Source: Planctomycetota bacterium
GTDB lineage: Bacteria; Planctomycetota; MHYJ01; WSZJ01
Direction: 5' to 3'
DNA: 64,000 nucleotides
Assembly (NCBI GenBank): GCA_038060895.1
Contig: JBBTCT010000012.1
Span: 159,579 to 223,578 of the forward strand
In this document: piece by piece, positions 21,053 through 30,633 of the stretch
How the letters are laid out: the number at the start of each line of letters is the position of its first letter
Position numbering within the stretch: the stretch's first letter is position 1
The notes under the pieces: generated by a model
Seen by the model: only the letters and a program-made list of their open reading frames with translations
Databases searched by the model: none
What the model was told of the DNA's origin: nothing
Translations under genes and position numbers: made by a program

Positions 21053-22156
21053 ATGATCGCGAGCATCAAGAAGAACGACCACGTCCTCAAGTCCATCGCC
21101 CGCCTCGGCGAGGGCTCGATCGACGAGATCAAGCGCCAGAAGAATCCCAGCGTGGACATCCCGCTGCGCAACCTCTCGAACGTCAACTTCAACCCGAAGA
21201 AGGCGATCATCGAGATGGGGAAAGCGAAGCAGGCGCGCGAGTTCTTCAACATCGGGATGGCGAAGAAGTTCATGCAGACGTTCCTGGTGGCGGAGAAGTG
21301 CAAGGACGTGCTCGACGAAGGAAAGACGGTCAGCATCCGCGACCTCTACTACATGTCCAAGTCGACGATCCCGGGCACGTCGGAGAACACGTTCGACGAG
21401 CAGGACGAGAGCGACCCGATCATCGAGGACCTCGAGGTCACTGCCGACGCTCTTCGCGAAGAGCTCGGCCTTTACGCCTCCAACAAGGGCGCGCTTGTGG
21501 GCGAGGTCACGATCCGCGATTCGGGCGACACCATTGACGGCCGCCGGATGGGCTCGGGCGGCTGGTCAATCCCCTCGATCTGCGAGCCGAACTTCATCCA
21601 GTTCAAGCGCTGCGACGCGAAGTTCATCCTGCTGGTCGAAAAGGACGCGGTCTTCCGCCGGCTGAACGAGGACAAGTTCTGGAAGACCCACAAGTGCATC
21701 CTGGTGACGGGCGGAGGCCAGCCGCCGCGGGGACTCAGGCGCCTGCTGTACCGCATGGTGAACGAGCTGAAGTTGCCGCTCTATACTTACGTCGACAACG
21801 ATCCGTGGGGCTACTACATCTACAGCGTCGTCAAGCAGGGCTCGATCAATCTCGCCTACGAATCGGTGCGCATGGCGGTCCCGCACGCGAAGTTCATCGG
21901 CCTCTCGAGCTTCGACAAGGAACGTTTCAAGCTCCCCGACAACGTCACGATCAAGCTCCTCGACGAGGACATCAAGCGCGCCAAGCAGCTCCTCGAGTAC
22001 CCGTGGTTTCAGAAAACGCCGTGGCAGAAGGAAATCCGCAACATGCTGAAGCTGGGCTACAAGCTCGAGCAGGAAGCCCTCTCCAAGCGCGGAATTTCCT
22101 TCGTTACCGAGGAGTACCTCCCGAAGAAGATCAAGGACAAGGACTTCCTGGACTAA
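21053..22156 (+). CDS. top6A: DNA topoisomerase VI subunit A (Spo11-like)
   Basis: IRDLYY catalytic Tyr region, FDEQDESD, LVEKDAVF, GGGQP, DNDPWG Toprim, KLEQEAL; GAGG RBS. Confidence 0.96.
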   Translation: MIASIKKNDHVLKSIARLGEGSIDEIKRQKNPSVDIPLRNLSNVNFNPKKAIIEMGKAKQAREFFNIGMAKKFMQTFLVAEKCKDVLDEGKTVSIRDLYYMSKSTIPGTSENTFDEQDESDPIIEDLEVTADALREELGLYASNKGALVGEVTIRDSGDTIDGRRMGSGGWSIPSICEPNFIQFKRCDAKFILLVEKDAVFRRLNEDKFWKTHKCILVTGGGQPPRGLRRLLYRMVNELKLPLYTYVDNDPWGYYIYSVVKQGSINLAYESVRMAVPHAKFIGLSSFDKERFKLPDNVTIKLLDEDIKRAKQLLEYPWFQKTPWQKEIRNMLKLGYKLEQEALSKRGISFVTEEYLPKKIKDKDFLD

Positions 22157-22170
22157 TCAATCCACCTCGC

Positions 22171-22210
22171 AAAAAAAAGGGCGCGGCCAAAAGCCGCGCC
22201 CTGCCTTTTT
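22171..22210. terminator. Bidirectional terminator
   Basis: A8, AGGGCGCGGC/GCCGCGCCCT stem, T tract; between convergent genes. Confidence 0.8.
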
Positions 22211-22267
22211 CTCTCAACTCCAAACTCCTCACTACTCAACCCTCAATACTCCAACCTCCTGCCGTTC

Positions 22268-22945
22268 CTACTTTGGCGGCTCCGGCACTTTCGGTCCAGC
22301 GGCCTTCTCTTTTTTGTACTTCTCCTCCAGGCGGGCCAGCACGTCGTCCGTGATGTCCATCCCCGGATGACAGGACAGCACCACTCTCCGCGCAATCTTC
22401 TCCCCCGACCCCGACTTGTTCTCGTCCCCCGACAACGGGCCCGACTCGGTCTTCAGAACCAGCGTGTATCCGTTCTCCTTCGCATAGGCGTCCACTTCTG
22501 CCTGGATTTCGTCGAAGTACTTCGCGATCCCCTCTTCCAGCAGTCGCTTCACCTGCTCGTTCCACATCTGCACCATGAATTCGAACTTCGCCTTCAACTG
22601 CACGATCTCGATCTGTGCGTTCTGCTTGATCTTGATGTTGATGCCGGGCGTGTCCCGGATCGTGATCTTCTCCTTCACTTCCTTGTCCATCTTCCCCAGC
22701 TCTTCTTCCTGCACCTTCTTCTGCAGCTCCAGCTCGTCGGTGAAGTCCTTCACCTTCGCCCACTTGTCGTAAATCTTGCTCAGATCGACGACGCCGATCT
22801 TCAGCGGCGGCGGCGGTTCCTTCGGCGCTCCTCCACCTCCCGCGCCTCCCCCGCCCCCGCCCGGCTTCGGCGCGACGTCGGTCTGGGCCATGGCCTGAAG
22901 GCACATCAGAAGCGCCGCCGCGGCGATGAGTGCGAAACGATTCAT
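22268..22945 (-). CDS. skp: OmpH/Skp family periplasmic chaperone
   Basis: Signal peptide, KIGVVDLSKI, coiled coil, YAKENGYTLVL, DITDDVL. Confidence 0.88.
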   Translation of the reverse strand: MNRFALIAAAALLMCLQAMAQTDVAPKPGGGGGGAGGGGAPKEPPPPLKIGVVDLSKIYDKWAKVKDFTDELELQKKVQEEELGKMDKEVKEKITIRDTPGINIKIKQNAQIEIVQLKAKFEFMVQMWNEQVKRLLEEGIAKYFDEIQAEVDAYAKENGYTLVLKTESGPLSGDENKSGSGEKIARRVVLSCHPGMDITDDVLARLEEKYKKEKAAGPKVPEPPK

Positions 22946-23101
22946 GAGGGCTCCTTGCGTGGATGGAGCGGGTGAGAGAACCCGCGAATTTGGGGCGCAG
23001 GATATACAGCCGGGCGGCGGCGGTCCAGCGTGGAAAGTAAGGTAATTGTCAGGTTGAGTAGCTGGTACCCGAAAGAACGGGGGATACCGGGTCCGCCGCC
23101 C

Positions 23102-23237
23102 GGAAACGACAACTTCAAAACCGCGAACTCTCAAGCAAACGACGAACTACAAAGGGAAACATTCCAGCAACGATGGTGATTTGCTCTTTGAAGTTGCCGT
23201 TTGCTTGAGAGTTCGCGGTCTTGTAGTTGCCGTTTCC
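23102..23237. repeat. Long intergenic inverted repeat
   Basis: Perfect 22-bp core ACCGCGAACTCTCAAGCAAACG (23120-23141 / 23198-23219) extended by imperfect arms. Confidence 0.85.
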
Positions 23238-23301
23238 CCAAGCGAGCATCCTATTGCCCCTTCGGCTGAAGCCTCCCAAATGCCGATAACTGTGTACTCC
23301 C

Positions 23302-26300
23302 ATGGTTCTCAGCCTCCGCTCCATCCAGTCGTGGGCCTCCCCCGCTACCGTCGCTCTTGGCGCCCGCGACCTCAAAGATGGCCGCGTCAGTGGCGTCCGG
23401 AAGGCGGCCGAATCCCTCTGGAGCGGCCAGGTCCGCGGCGCCAAGGAACGGCCGTTCGCGGTCGAAATCGACCTGGGCCCCCGCGGCGAACATTTCTGCG
23501 AAGGCGCCTGCGACGGCATCTGCCGCCACATCGTTGCCCTCGCCCTCGCCATCGCGGAGAAGTCGGGGGACTCAGGAAGCGCGACGACTCACTGGGAAGA
23601 GCGCCTCGGCGCGCTCGCTGCGGCCTGCGACATGGTCCAGGCGACCGGGGCTTCCCTTCGCGTTGCGCTGCGGGTCGAAGACGGGCGCCTCGCCGTGACC
23701 ACGGCGCGCGGCTCCGACCGCTTCGACGCACGCACTTCGGATGACGCCGGGCTGAACACGGACGAACGGCGCTTCACCGAAATCCTCGGCCTTGCCCTTG
23801 AAGACGCCACGCGCGTCAAGCCCGACGCGATCGACGCCGTGCTGCGCGCCGCCCGCGAGCTGACCCTCGCCTGTCCTGGCGCGTTCGCCGACTCCGCCGC
23901 GATCCAGGAACGGCTCCTCTCGTGGAAGTTCCGGCTGTCGAAGCGTGAAGGCGGCGGATTGAGGCTGTCCGGGGCCGTTCACGACGGCGAAGTGCCAGTC
24001 ACCGGCTGGACGATCGTCGGCGAGCGCCGTCCCTGGGCCACCGATGGCAAGCAGTGGCGCCCCGTCCAGGGCCTGCGCGATGCCGGAGCGGCCGCCTCGC
24101 TCCTCAGGGCCCCCGTGGACATCCCGCTCGCCGACTCGGACCGCTTCGTCAAACAGCACTTCTCGAAACTCGCCGATCCCGGCGCACTCGTGGTGGAGGA
24201 AGGCGCGCTCTCGAAGCGGCTCGTGTGCGCGAAGCCGCGCGCGGTCATCTCGCTGTCCGAGGAGGTCGGCGCGCTTGTCGCACGGCTGTCGCTCGCGTAC
24301 GGCGAAGGGCCGTCCCAGGTGACCGAGGCGGAGAAGGCCGGCATGGTCGAGGGGATCGACCCGGAAGGCGCATTCTGGTCCCGCCGCGCTCCCGCCGCAG
24401 AGCGCGACCTCCGCGAAAGACTCGCCGCCGCCTCAGGCTGCACCGGCGACCCCTGGGCCGTCCGCCTCTGGGGCGAAAACGCGCTGCGGTTTCTCTCCGA
24501 GGGACTTCCTGGCCTCGGCTGGCCCGTCGTCGGACGCGACTCCCTGCGCGGCTACAAGCTCCGCGGCGGCCGCGCGAAGACCTCGGTGCGCGTGACCACG
24601 AACGGATCGTGGCTGGACATGGAAGCGGTGGCCGCGCTCGACGGGCTCGGCATTCCGCTCGACGAGCTGTTCGCGGCGCACGACAACGGGCTGCGCTTCC
24701 TCAAGCTCCCGGACGGCTCCTGGTCGCCGATGCCCGCGGGGGATCTGAAGAAGCTGCGCGCGCTGTGGGAGGACGCGAAGCGCGCGGGCAAGGCAGGGGA
24801 TCGCGGGAAGATCCGTCTCCCGGCGAACCAGATCGGCCTCGCAGGGGACATCGCCGCCAGTGTGGACGCGCCGGAGCAAATGCCGGTGCCGCCGGCGCCG
24901 AAGGCGTTCCGGGCGCCGGCCGGCCTGGTCGCGACGCTTCGCCCCTACCAGGAAGAAGGCGTCGCGTGGCTCGAGTCGATCCGCGACGGCGGCTTCCACG
25001 CGATCCTGGCCGACGACATGGGACTGGGCAAGACGCTCCAGACGCTCGCGCTGCTGCTCGGCGACCGCGAGCGCGGCGGGAAGGGCCCGAACCTGATCGT
25101 GGCGCCGACATCGGTCGTCGGGAACTGGGCGGCGGAAGCGGTGAAGTTCGCGCCGGGGCTGAAGGTGCTGAGGTTCGAGGCGGGGGCTCGCGAGAAGCTG
25201 CTCGCGAAGATTCCGGAGCATGACCTGGTGGTCACGACGTACGGCGTGCTGCGCCGCGACGCCGAGACGCTCGCTGGATTCAACTTCCGCTTCGCGATCC
25301 TCGACGAGGCCCAGCAAATAAAAACATCGGACAGCCAGACGTCCCGCGCCGCGAGGCTCCTGCGCGCCGACCACCGCCTCTGCCTTTCCGGCACACCCAT
25401 CGAGAACAACCTCTACGAGCTCTGGAGCCAGTTCCGCTTCCTCATGCCGGAACTGCTTGGGTCCGAAGAAGCATTCCGCGAGCGGTACGCGCTCCCGATC
25501 CACAAGTCCGGCGACCACGAGGCAATGACGTCGCTCCGCCGCAGGGTGAGGCCGTTCATCCTGCGCCGCCTGAAGGAGGACGTCGCGAAGGACCTGCCGC
25601 CTAAGACCGAGACACTCCTCCACTGCGAGCTCTCCCCCGCCCACCGCGAGTTCTACGAGCGCCTCCTTCTCCTCACCCGCGAAAAGGTCATGAAGGCGAT
25701 CGACCGCGACGGCCTCGACGGCGCACGCTTCGCCGTGCTCGAAGCCCTCCTCCGCCTCCGCCAGGCCGCGCTTCATACGGCCATGGTGAAACTCCCCGGC
25801 CAGAAACTCTCCCTCTCGGCCAAGCTCGACGAGATGGACGACCTCGCCCGCAACCTCGTCGCCAACGGCCACCGCGCGCTCGTCTTCAGCCAGTTCACCG
25901 AGTTCCTCGCCCTCGTCCGCGAGCGCCTCGACGCGCAGGGCATCAAGTACTGCTACCTCGACGGCGCGACCCGCAAGCGCGACGAGGAAGTCGCAAAGTT
26001 CCAGAACGGCGACGCCCCGTTCTTCCTCATCTCCCTCAAGGCCGGCGGCTCCGGCCTCAATCTCACCGGCGCCGATTACGTCCTCCACCTCGACCCCTGG
26101 TGGAACCCCGCCGCCGAAGAACAGGCCACCGACCGCGCACACCGCATCGGGCAGAAGCGGCCCGTGATGGTCTACAAGTTTGTCGCGAAGGACACGATCG
26201 AGGAGAAGGTCATCGCACTTCAGGACAAGAAGCGCGCGCTGGCGGAAGGGGTGCTGGGAAACGACGAGGCGTTCGGAAAGTCCCTGACACGCCTAGAGAT

Positions 26301-26322
26301 CGAGAACCTCTTCGGCCCCTAG
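23302..26322 (+). CDS. SWIM-like + SNF2 family helicase/ATPase
   Basis: CEGAC..ICRH; LRPYQ, LADDMGLGKT, DEAQ, LSGTPIEN, LRRLK, FSQF, GSGLNLTGAD, DRAHRIGQ. Confidence 0.95.
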   Translation: MVLSLRSIQSWASPATVALGARDLKDGRVSGVRKAAESLWSGQVRGAKERPFAVEIDLGPRGEHFCEGACDGICRHIVALALAIAEKSGDSGSATTHWEERLGALAAACDMVQATGASLRVALRVEDGRLAVTTARGSDRFDARTSDDAGLNTDERRFTEILGLALEDATRVKPDAIDAVLRAARELTLACPGAFADSAAIQERLLSWKFRLSKREGGGLRLSGAVHDGEVPVTGWTIVGERRPWATDGKQWRPVQGLRDAGAAASLLRAPVDIPLADSDRFVKQHFSKLADPGALVVEEGALSKRLVCAKPRAVISLSEEVGALVARLSLAYGEGPSQVTEAEKAGMVEGIDPEGAFWSRRAPAAERDLRERLAAASGCTGDPWAVRLWGENALRFLSEGLPGLGWPVVGRDSLRGYKLRGGRAKTSVRVTTNGSWLDMEAVAALDGLGIPLDELFAAHDNGLRFLKLPDGSWSPMPAGDLKKLRALWEDAKRAGKAGDRGKIRLPANQIGLAGDIAASVDAPEQMPVPPAPKAFRAPAGLVATLRPYQEEGVAWLESIRDGGFHAILADDMGLGKTLQTLALLLGDRERGGKGPNLIVAPTSVVGNWAAEAVKFAPGLKVLRFEAGAREKLLAKIPEHDLVVTTYGVLRRDAETLAGFNFRFAILDEAQQIKTSDSQTSRAARLLRADHRLCLSGTPIENNLYELWSQFRFLMPELLGSEEAFRERYALPIHKSGDHEAMTSLRRRVRPFILRRLKEDVAKDLPPKTETLLHCELSPAHREFYERLLLLTREKVMKAIDRDGLDGARFAVLEALLRLRQAALHTAMVKLPGQKLSLSAKLDEMDDLARNLVANGHRALVFSQFTEFLALVRERLDAQGIKYCYLDGATRKRDEEVAKFQNGDAPFFLISLKAGGSGLNLTGADYVLHLDPWWNPAAEEQATDRAHRIGQKRPVMVYKFVAKDTIEEKVIALQDKKRALAEGVLGNDEAFGKSLTRLEIENLFGP

Positions 26323-26876
26323 AGTGCTTTTCGGACGATGCGCGCGCCGGCAGCCGCTTCAACAGCTGTGAATCCCGCATCCAGGAAGAGTCGCTCCGGC
26401 CCCATCCAAACCTCCCCGTCCTCGTGAGCTCCCGCCTTCGGGTACGCCTCGACTTCCTTCACTCCCATTCGCTTCAAGTGCTCGAGCGAAATCGCCAGCA
26501 GCACCCGCGCATGCCCCTGCCGTCGCTTCTCGGACGCCATGAGGAAGCAGTTGATGCACCAGAGGTCATCCGGCCCGGGTGGTGGTTTCAACTTTTCGAC
26601 AAGCTTGGGAAAGTTCTTTCGCAGGCCGAACTGGCACCAGCCGATCGGAGTCTGGTCTTCGTAGAGGAGCATGCCGGTGTCGCCCTGAAGCGCAATCCGG
26701 TCGCACTTCTGCTCGCGGAGTTTCGCCTTGTCGGCTCTGCCCCACTCCTCGTTGGTGCCTTGAAAGTGCCAGTACATGCACCAGCATCCGCCGCAGTCGG
26801 CGCGGTCATGGAACTTGAGGAAGTCCTCGGAGAATTCGGGCTGAAGCGCGCGGGCCCAGAGATGAGGTTCTGCCAT
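26319..26876 (-). CDS. GNAT family N-acetyltransferase
   Basis: GCWCMYW, IGWCQFG, WCINCF, RRQGHA acetyl-CoA motif, VEAYP. Confidence 0.85.
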   Translation of the reverse strand: MAEPHLWARALQPEFSEDFLKFHDRADCGGCWCMYWHFQGTNEEWGRADKAKLREQKCDRIALQGDTGMLLYEDQTPIGWCQFGLRKNFPKLVEKLKPPPGPDDLWCINCFLMASEKRRQGHARVLLAISLEHLKRMGVKEVEAYPKAGAHEDGEVWMGPERLFLDAGFTAVEAAAGARIVRKAL

Positions 26877-26901
26877 CCGCCGTGAGTGTAGCCAAACCAT
26901 G

Positions 26902-26930
26902 AAAAAAGGCGCGGCAACAAGCCGCGCCTT
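26902..26930 (-). terminator. Terminator closing the gsp operon
   Basis: Minus AAGGCGCGGC-TTGTT-GCCGCGCCTT then T run. Confidence 0.8.
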
Positions 26931-26995
26931 GAAGGAGTCCGCACTCGATCGATGGTCGTTCCTACCCACTACCCCCTACCCACTACTCCCTGCCT

Positions 26996-28099
26996 TCAAA
27001 TCATTCGCGGCCGCTTCTCCGGTTTCTTCCCGCCGCCGCCTTCGCCGCGCACTTTCTTTGCCATCGCCCGCAGTTCCTCGAGTTCCGCGGCCAGCTTCTG
27101 GGCCACTTCCCTGCGGCCGTTCTTCTTCGCTTCCTTGAGCTGCTCCTCGAGCTCGGCGATGCGCTTCTCGACTTTGGCCATCGCATCGACCCGCTTGCGA
27201 TCGACGTTGTCCTTCTCATCACCCGTCAGCTCGTGCATGGCCCTTTCGATCGCGGCGCGGAGTTCCTTCGCGGCGCGCTCTTCGCCATTGGCTTCGGCGC
27301 GTTCGAGCTTGCGGCGCATTTCCTCGACATGGGCCTTGAGTTCCGCACGGCGGTCATCCTGCCGCTCCTTCGGACGGTCGCCGCCTTCGCGACCGCGTTC
27401 CATCTCCTCGAACGCGCGTTTCAGGCGCTCCAGGCCGTTGCGGAGTTCCTGGGCGCGATCGCGGTCGCCGGATTCTTCGGCGCCGAGAAGCGCCTTTTTG
27501 AGTTCCTCGGCCTTGGCGCGCAGTTCCTCGCCGCGACGCTGGAGATCTTGCCCGCCCGGCCGCTCCATGCCGGGCTCCCGGGCGCCGTCGGGGCGTCGCG
27601 GCTGCGGGCCGGGACCGCCGACGCGCGGGCCATCCTGTCCACCGCGCTGTTTTTGCTCGAGATGCTCCATCTGCATGCGGACCGTCTCCAGCTCGTGCTT
27701 CAGGTTCTGCATCTGGTGTTCGATTTCTCGTGCCCGCATGCGAAGCTGGAATTTCTGGTCCTCGATCTGCTCGGGACCGCCGCCGCCCGGCCTCTGCGGG
27801 CCGCCGTCGCGACCTGGGCCGCCCTCGCGACCGGGGCCAACTTCGCGACCGGGGCCGCCCTCGCGACCGGGGCCGCCTTCGCGCGGCGAACCGGGCATCT
27901 GCGGCCGGTCGGAGCCGCCCTCGCGACCTTGCCTCATGCGTTCGGGCCCCCCACGCTCGTCCTGCATTTCACGCTCGAACCTCTCGACACGGTCGCGGAA
28001 CTCGTCCATGCCGCGGTCGCCGGAACGGGGCTCCTCCGGGAAGGCGGAGAGGGGAATCAGTGAAGCGGACGTCAGAATGACGGAATGGAGCCAGCGCAT
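26996..28099 (-). CDS. Exported low-complexity/coiled-coil protein with GGPGRE repeats
   Basis: Signal-like N-terminus MRWLHSVIL, AGGAG RBS, about 5 GGPGRE-type units, E/R/K helices. Confidence 0.7.
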   Translation of the reverse strand: MRWLHSVILTSASLIPLSAFPEEPRSGDRGMDEFRDRVERFEREMQDERGGPERMRQGREGGSDRPQMPGSPREGGPGREGGPGREVGPGREGGPGRDGGPQRPGGGGPEQIEDQKFQLRMRAREIEHQMQNLKHELETVRMQMEHLEQKQRGGQDGPRVGGPGPQPRRPDGAREPGMERPGGQDLQRRGEELRAKAEELKKALLGAEESGDRDRAQELRNGLERLKRAFEEMERGREGGDRPKERQDDRRAELKAHVEEMRRKLERAEANGEERAAKELRAAIERAMHELTGDEKDNVDRKRVDAMAKVEKRIAELEEQLKEAKKNGRREVAQKLAAELEELRAMAKKVRGEGGGGKKPEKRPRMI

Positions 28100-28184
28100 G
28101 GGGTTCTCCTGTGACGGGTATCTGTTGTTGAGAGAATAACGGGCTCGGGAGCGAAATATTGTGGGAACCCGGTTGAGCGCGCGG

Positions 28185-28880
28185 TCAGTGGACCGGGGCC
28201 ACTTCCAGCACATACGTCTTCTCCGCCGCCTGCGGGTCCCTCTTCGCCAGCTCCGCGTCCGGAATGATGACGATCGTGACTTTCACGATCTTCGGAAGGA
28301 TCTTCTTCTGGGCTTCCTGGTCCCCCCACGAGCTCAGCCAGGCCTCGCCGTCCCAGTATTCGAGCTTGAAGGTCTTGACCCGGTTGTACATCTCCTGGAG
28401 CGTCCCGCCGCTCGTGGGTTTGTCGTCCACGTAGGGGTCTTCGCGCCGGACGAGGATCTGGACGTTGGAGTCGTCGGGGTTCGTGCGAAGAAAGTAAGCG
28501 ACCTCGCTGAAGTCGGCGACGCGCTGGTTCGCCGGATCCCAGACGTCGCGCGAAGAAATGAAGTCGAGCGTGTCCGCCTCGCCGGCGCCCTGCGAGTTGT
28601 CCTTGCCGGTGAAGTACGCCGGGTTTTCCGGCGCCGGCTCGCCTTCCGCGGGCGGCGGCGCGTCCGGCACGGGCGGCACGAACGCCGCCGCGATGTCGTC
28701 CGAGATGAGCTTCAAAAGCACCGGGCCGGCCTCGTCGATTTCGGCGGTGTGCTCGAGCTTCGTGCGGGCCTGAAGCGTCGCAACGAGGACGCCGTAGAGG
28801 ATCCCGATCATGACGGCGGTGATCGTGATGGTCAGGAGGACTTCGAGCAGGGTAAATCCTGCAACCGAGGTGCGCTTCAT
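28185..28880 (-). CDS. gspJ: Type II secretion minor pseudopilin GspJ-like
   Basis: GFTLLEV prepilin motif; EVAYFL, LVRRE, YWDGEAW..SW, LPKIVKV. Confidence 0.8.
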   Translation of the reverse strand: MKRTSVAGFTLLEVLLTITITAVMIGILYGVLVATLQARTKLEHTAEIDEAGPVLLKLISDDIAAAFVPPVPDAPPPAEGEPAPENPAYFTGKDNSQGAGEADTLDFISSRDVWDPANQRVADFSEVAYFLRTNPDDSNVQILVRREDPYVDDKPTSGGTLQEMYNRVKTFKLEYWDGEAWLSSWGDQEAQKKILPKIVKVTIVIIPDAELAKRDPQAAEKTYVLEVAPVH

Positions 28881-29347
28881 TAGCCTCCCCCCCCACCGCC
28901 GCCGCCTCCTCCGCCGCCCTCTTCCTGCGCTTCATCTTCCTTGAGCAGCCGGTACCACTGGGCCTGCGACACGCGCTGAGTCCCGTCAGGCTGCTGCTGC
29001 GTCACTTTGAGAGAGATTCTCCACATCTCCCGCGGATGGTCTTCGTCCACTTTCTCGATCATTTCCATCACGACCCGCTCGGTCAGCCGCTCCCAGGATG
29101 CCTGCGGATCGTTGTCAAACGTCCCCGACTCCGTCCCCTCCTTCACGTCGTCGATTTTCACTTCCTCGTAATCCCCGACCTTCTGCTGAAGCAGACCCCA
29201 CGATGTGCGCATCTGCTTCGCATTCGTCACCTGCTCGATCGCGCGCGTCCGCATGTAAAGAAGCGCAAAGACCGTGGTCGCAACGATCGCAAGCGCGAGC
29301 ATGACCTCGAGAAGCGTAAATCCACCGTTCGCGCGGCGCCGGTTCAT
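28880..29347 (-). CDS. gspI: Minor pseudopilin GspI-like
   Basis: MNRRRANGGFTLLEVMLALAI; between H and J with overlapping start/stop codons. Confidence 0.75.
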   Translation of the reverse strand: MNRRRANGGFTLLEVMLALAIVATTVFALLYMRTRAIEQVTNAKQMRTSWGLLQQKVGDYEEVKIDDVKEGTESGTFDNDPQASWERLTERVVMEMIEKVDEDHPREMWRISLKVTQQQPDGTQRVSQAQWYRLLKEDEAQEEGGGGGGGGGGGG

Positions 29348-29940
29348 TCGGCCGCCTCTTCCAGCACGATCGGGTCGATGTGCCCTTCCTTCAACTCCAC
29401 GAACCCCGTCACGGGACTCGCCGTCACTGTGAACTTCGAATTGTCCTCTTCCCCCGTGATCCAGATCGTGTGCCGCCGCACCGACCCGTACGGCGTGCAT
29501 TCCACAGTCACCGGCATCTGCTCGGCGACCTGCTCCGCGCTCCACATCACCTTCTCGAATTTCACGCCGTCCGGCAGCTTCCGCTCCATCGTCCGCACCC
29601 ACTTGTACTCCGCTTCCTTGAACGCATTCTCCGCCGTGTCCGCCGGCTCTTCCTCGTCCGACGTCTGCGCCACTTTCTCCGGCGACAGGATCCAGTACGT
29701 CCGGGCCGGCACGTCGTACTGGAGATAGTGCGGCATGCCGGTGGTCATGGCGGAAGCGCGCGCGAGGCGGATTTCGGAAGCGAGTTCGCGGACGCAGGAG
29801 CGGACGCGGTAGCGCGGCAGGAGGTTGTCGACGCGTCCCACGGTCACGAGCAGCAGGATGCCCATGATGACCAGGACCACGGACATCTCGATGAGCGTGT
29901 AGCCGCCGTTTGACGCGGCTGTGCGGCGGAAGGGGCGCAT
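29344..29940 (-). CDS. gspH: Minor pseudopilin GspH/FimT-like
   Basis: GYTLIEMSVVL, ELASEIRLARASA. Confidence 0.78.
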   Translation of the reverse strand: MRPFRRTAASNGGYTLIEMSVVLVIMGILLLVTVGRVDNLLPRYRVRSCVRELASEIRLARASAMTTGMPHYLQYDVPARTYWILSPEKVAQTSDEEEPADTAENAFKEAEYKWVRTMERKLPDGVKFEKVMWSAEQVAEQMPVTVECTPYGSVRRHTIWITGEEDNSKFTVTASPVTGFVELKEGHIDPIVLEEAAE

Positions 29941-29951
29941 TGCGGTGCCCT

Positions 29952-30407
29952 CTACTTCTTGGACGTGTCCTCGTCGAGGGTCCAGTAACTCAGGTCGCCG
30001 TCAAACCCCTCGCCGCCCTGCGTGTTGTCCGCGCCGTACGCGATGATGTCGAACTCTTTCCCGTTGTCCGCGGGCTTGCGGAAAATGTAATCGCCGCCCC
30101 AGGGGTCCTTGGGGGACTTCTCGAGGTAGCCGCCCTCCGGCCAGTCCTTGGCGTACGAAGGCCGGGTCACCAGGTCTTCCATCGCGTCCGGCCACCTGTT
30201 CTGCTCCATCTTGAAAAGCTTCACCTGGTCCGCAATGTGCTTGATGTCGCCCTTTGCGCGCGTCACTTTCGCCTTGTCTGCGCGCGAAACGAGCACGGGG
30301 GTCACGGCGGCAGCCAGCACCCCGATGATCACGAGCACGATCATCAATTCCATCAGCGTGAAGCCGCCATCGGCGCGGCGGGCGATTCTGCGGGCGCTGC
30401 GAAGCAT
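29952..30407 (-). CDS. gspG: Major pseudopilin GspG
   Basis: GFTLMELMIVLVIIG, PKDPWG, YGADNTQGGEG; AGGAGG RBS. Confidence 0.93.
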   Translation of the reverse strand: MLRSARRIARRADGGFTLMELMIVLVIIGVLAAAVTPVLVSRADKAKVTRAKGDIKHIADQVKLFKMEQNRWPDAMEDLVTRPSYAKDWPEGGYLEKSPKDPWGGDYIFRKPADNGKEFDIIAYGADNTQGGEGFDGDLSYWTLDEDTSKK

Positions 30408-30475
30408 GGATCCTCCTGGGAACTGCGGTTGGCCGTTCATTGTACGCCCGCCATCGGAAGCGGGCCTCTGGAGAT

Positions 30476-30619
30476 TCAACGAGCGGCGGGCGTGGACGTT
30501 TGGAAGGAAGCGGATTTACGGGTGTGGCGGATTGAGAGGACGCAGGAGAATGTGAAGTAGAAGAGCAGGAGCAGGAGGAGTCCGGCTGCGCCTCCCGTCA
30601 CCAGCCTGAGCGCATTCAT
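30476..30619 (-). CDS. Possible 47-aa single-TM protein
   Basis: Manual translation MNALRLVTGGAAGLLLLLLFYFTFSCVLSIRHTRKSASFQTSTPAAR; starts 14 nt after the upstream stop. Confidence 0.35.
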   Translation of the reverse strand: MNALRLVTGGAAGLLLLLLFYFTFSCVLSIRHTRKSASFQTSTPAAR

Positions 30620-30633
30620 GAGAATCGAGCGGG

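Noticed and set aside
27800-27890. CRISPR-like repeats (also 59900-60010)
   Set aside because: Coding 18-nt and 12-nt tandem repeats (GGPGRE, PKPD) without spacers; no cas genes
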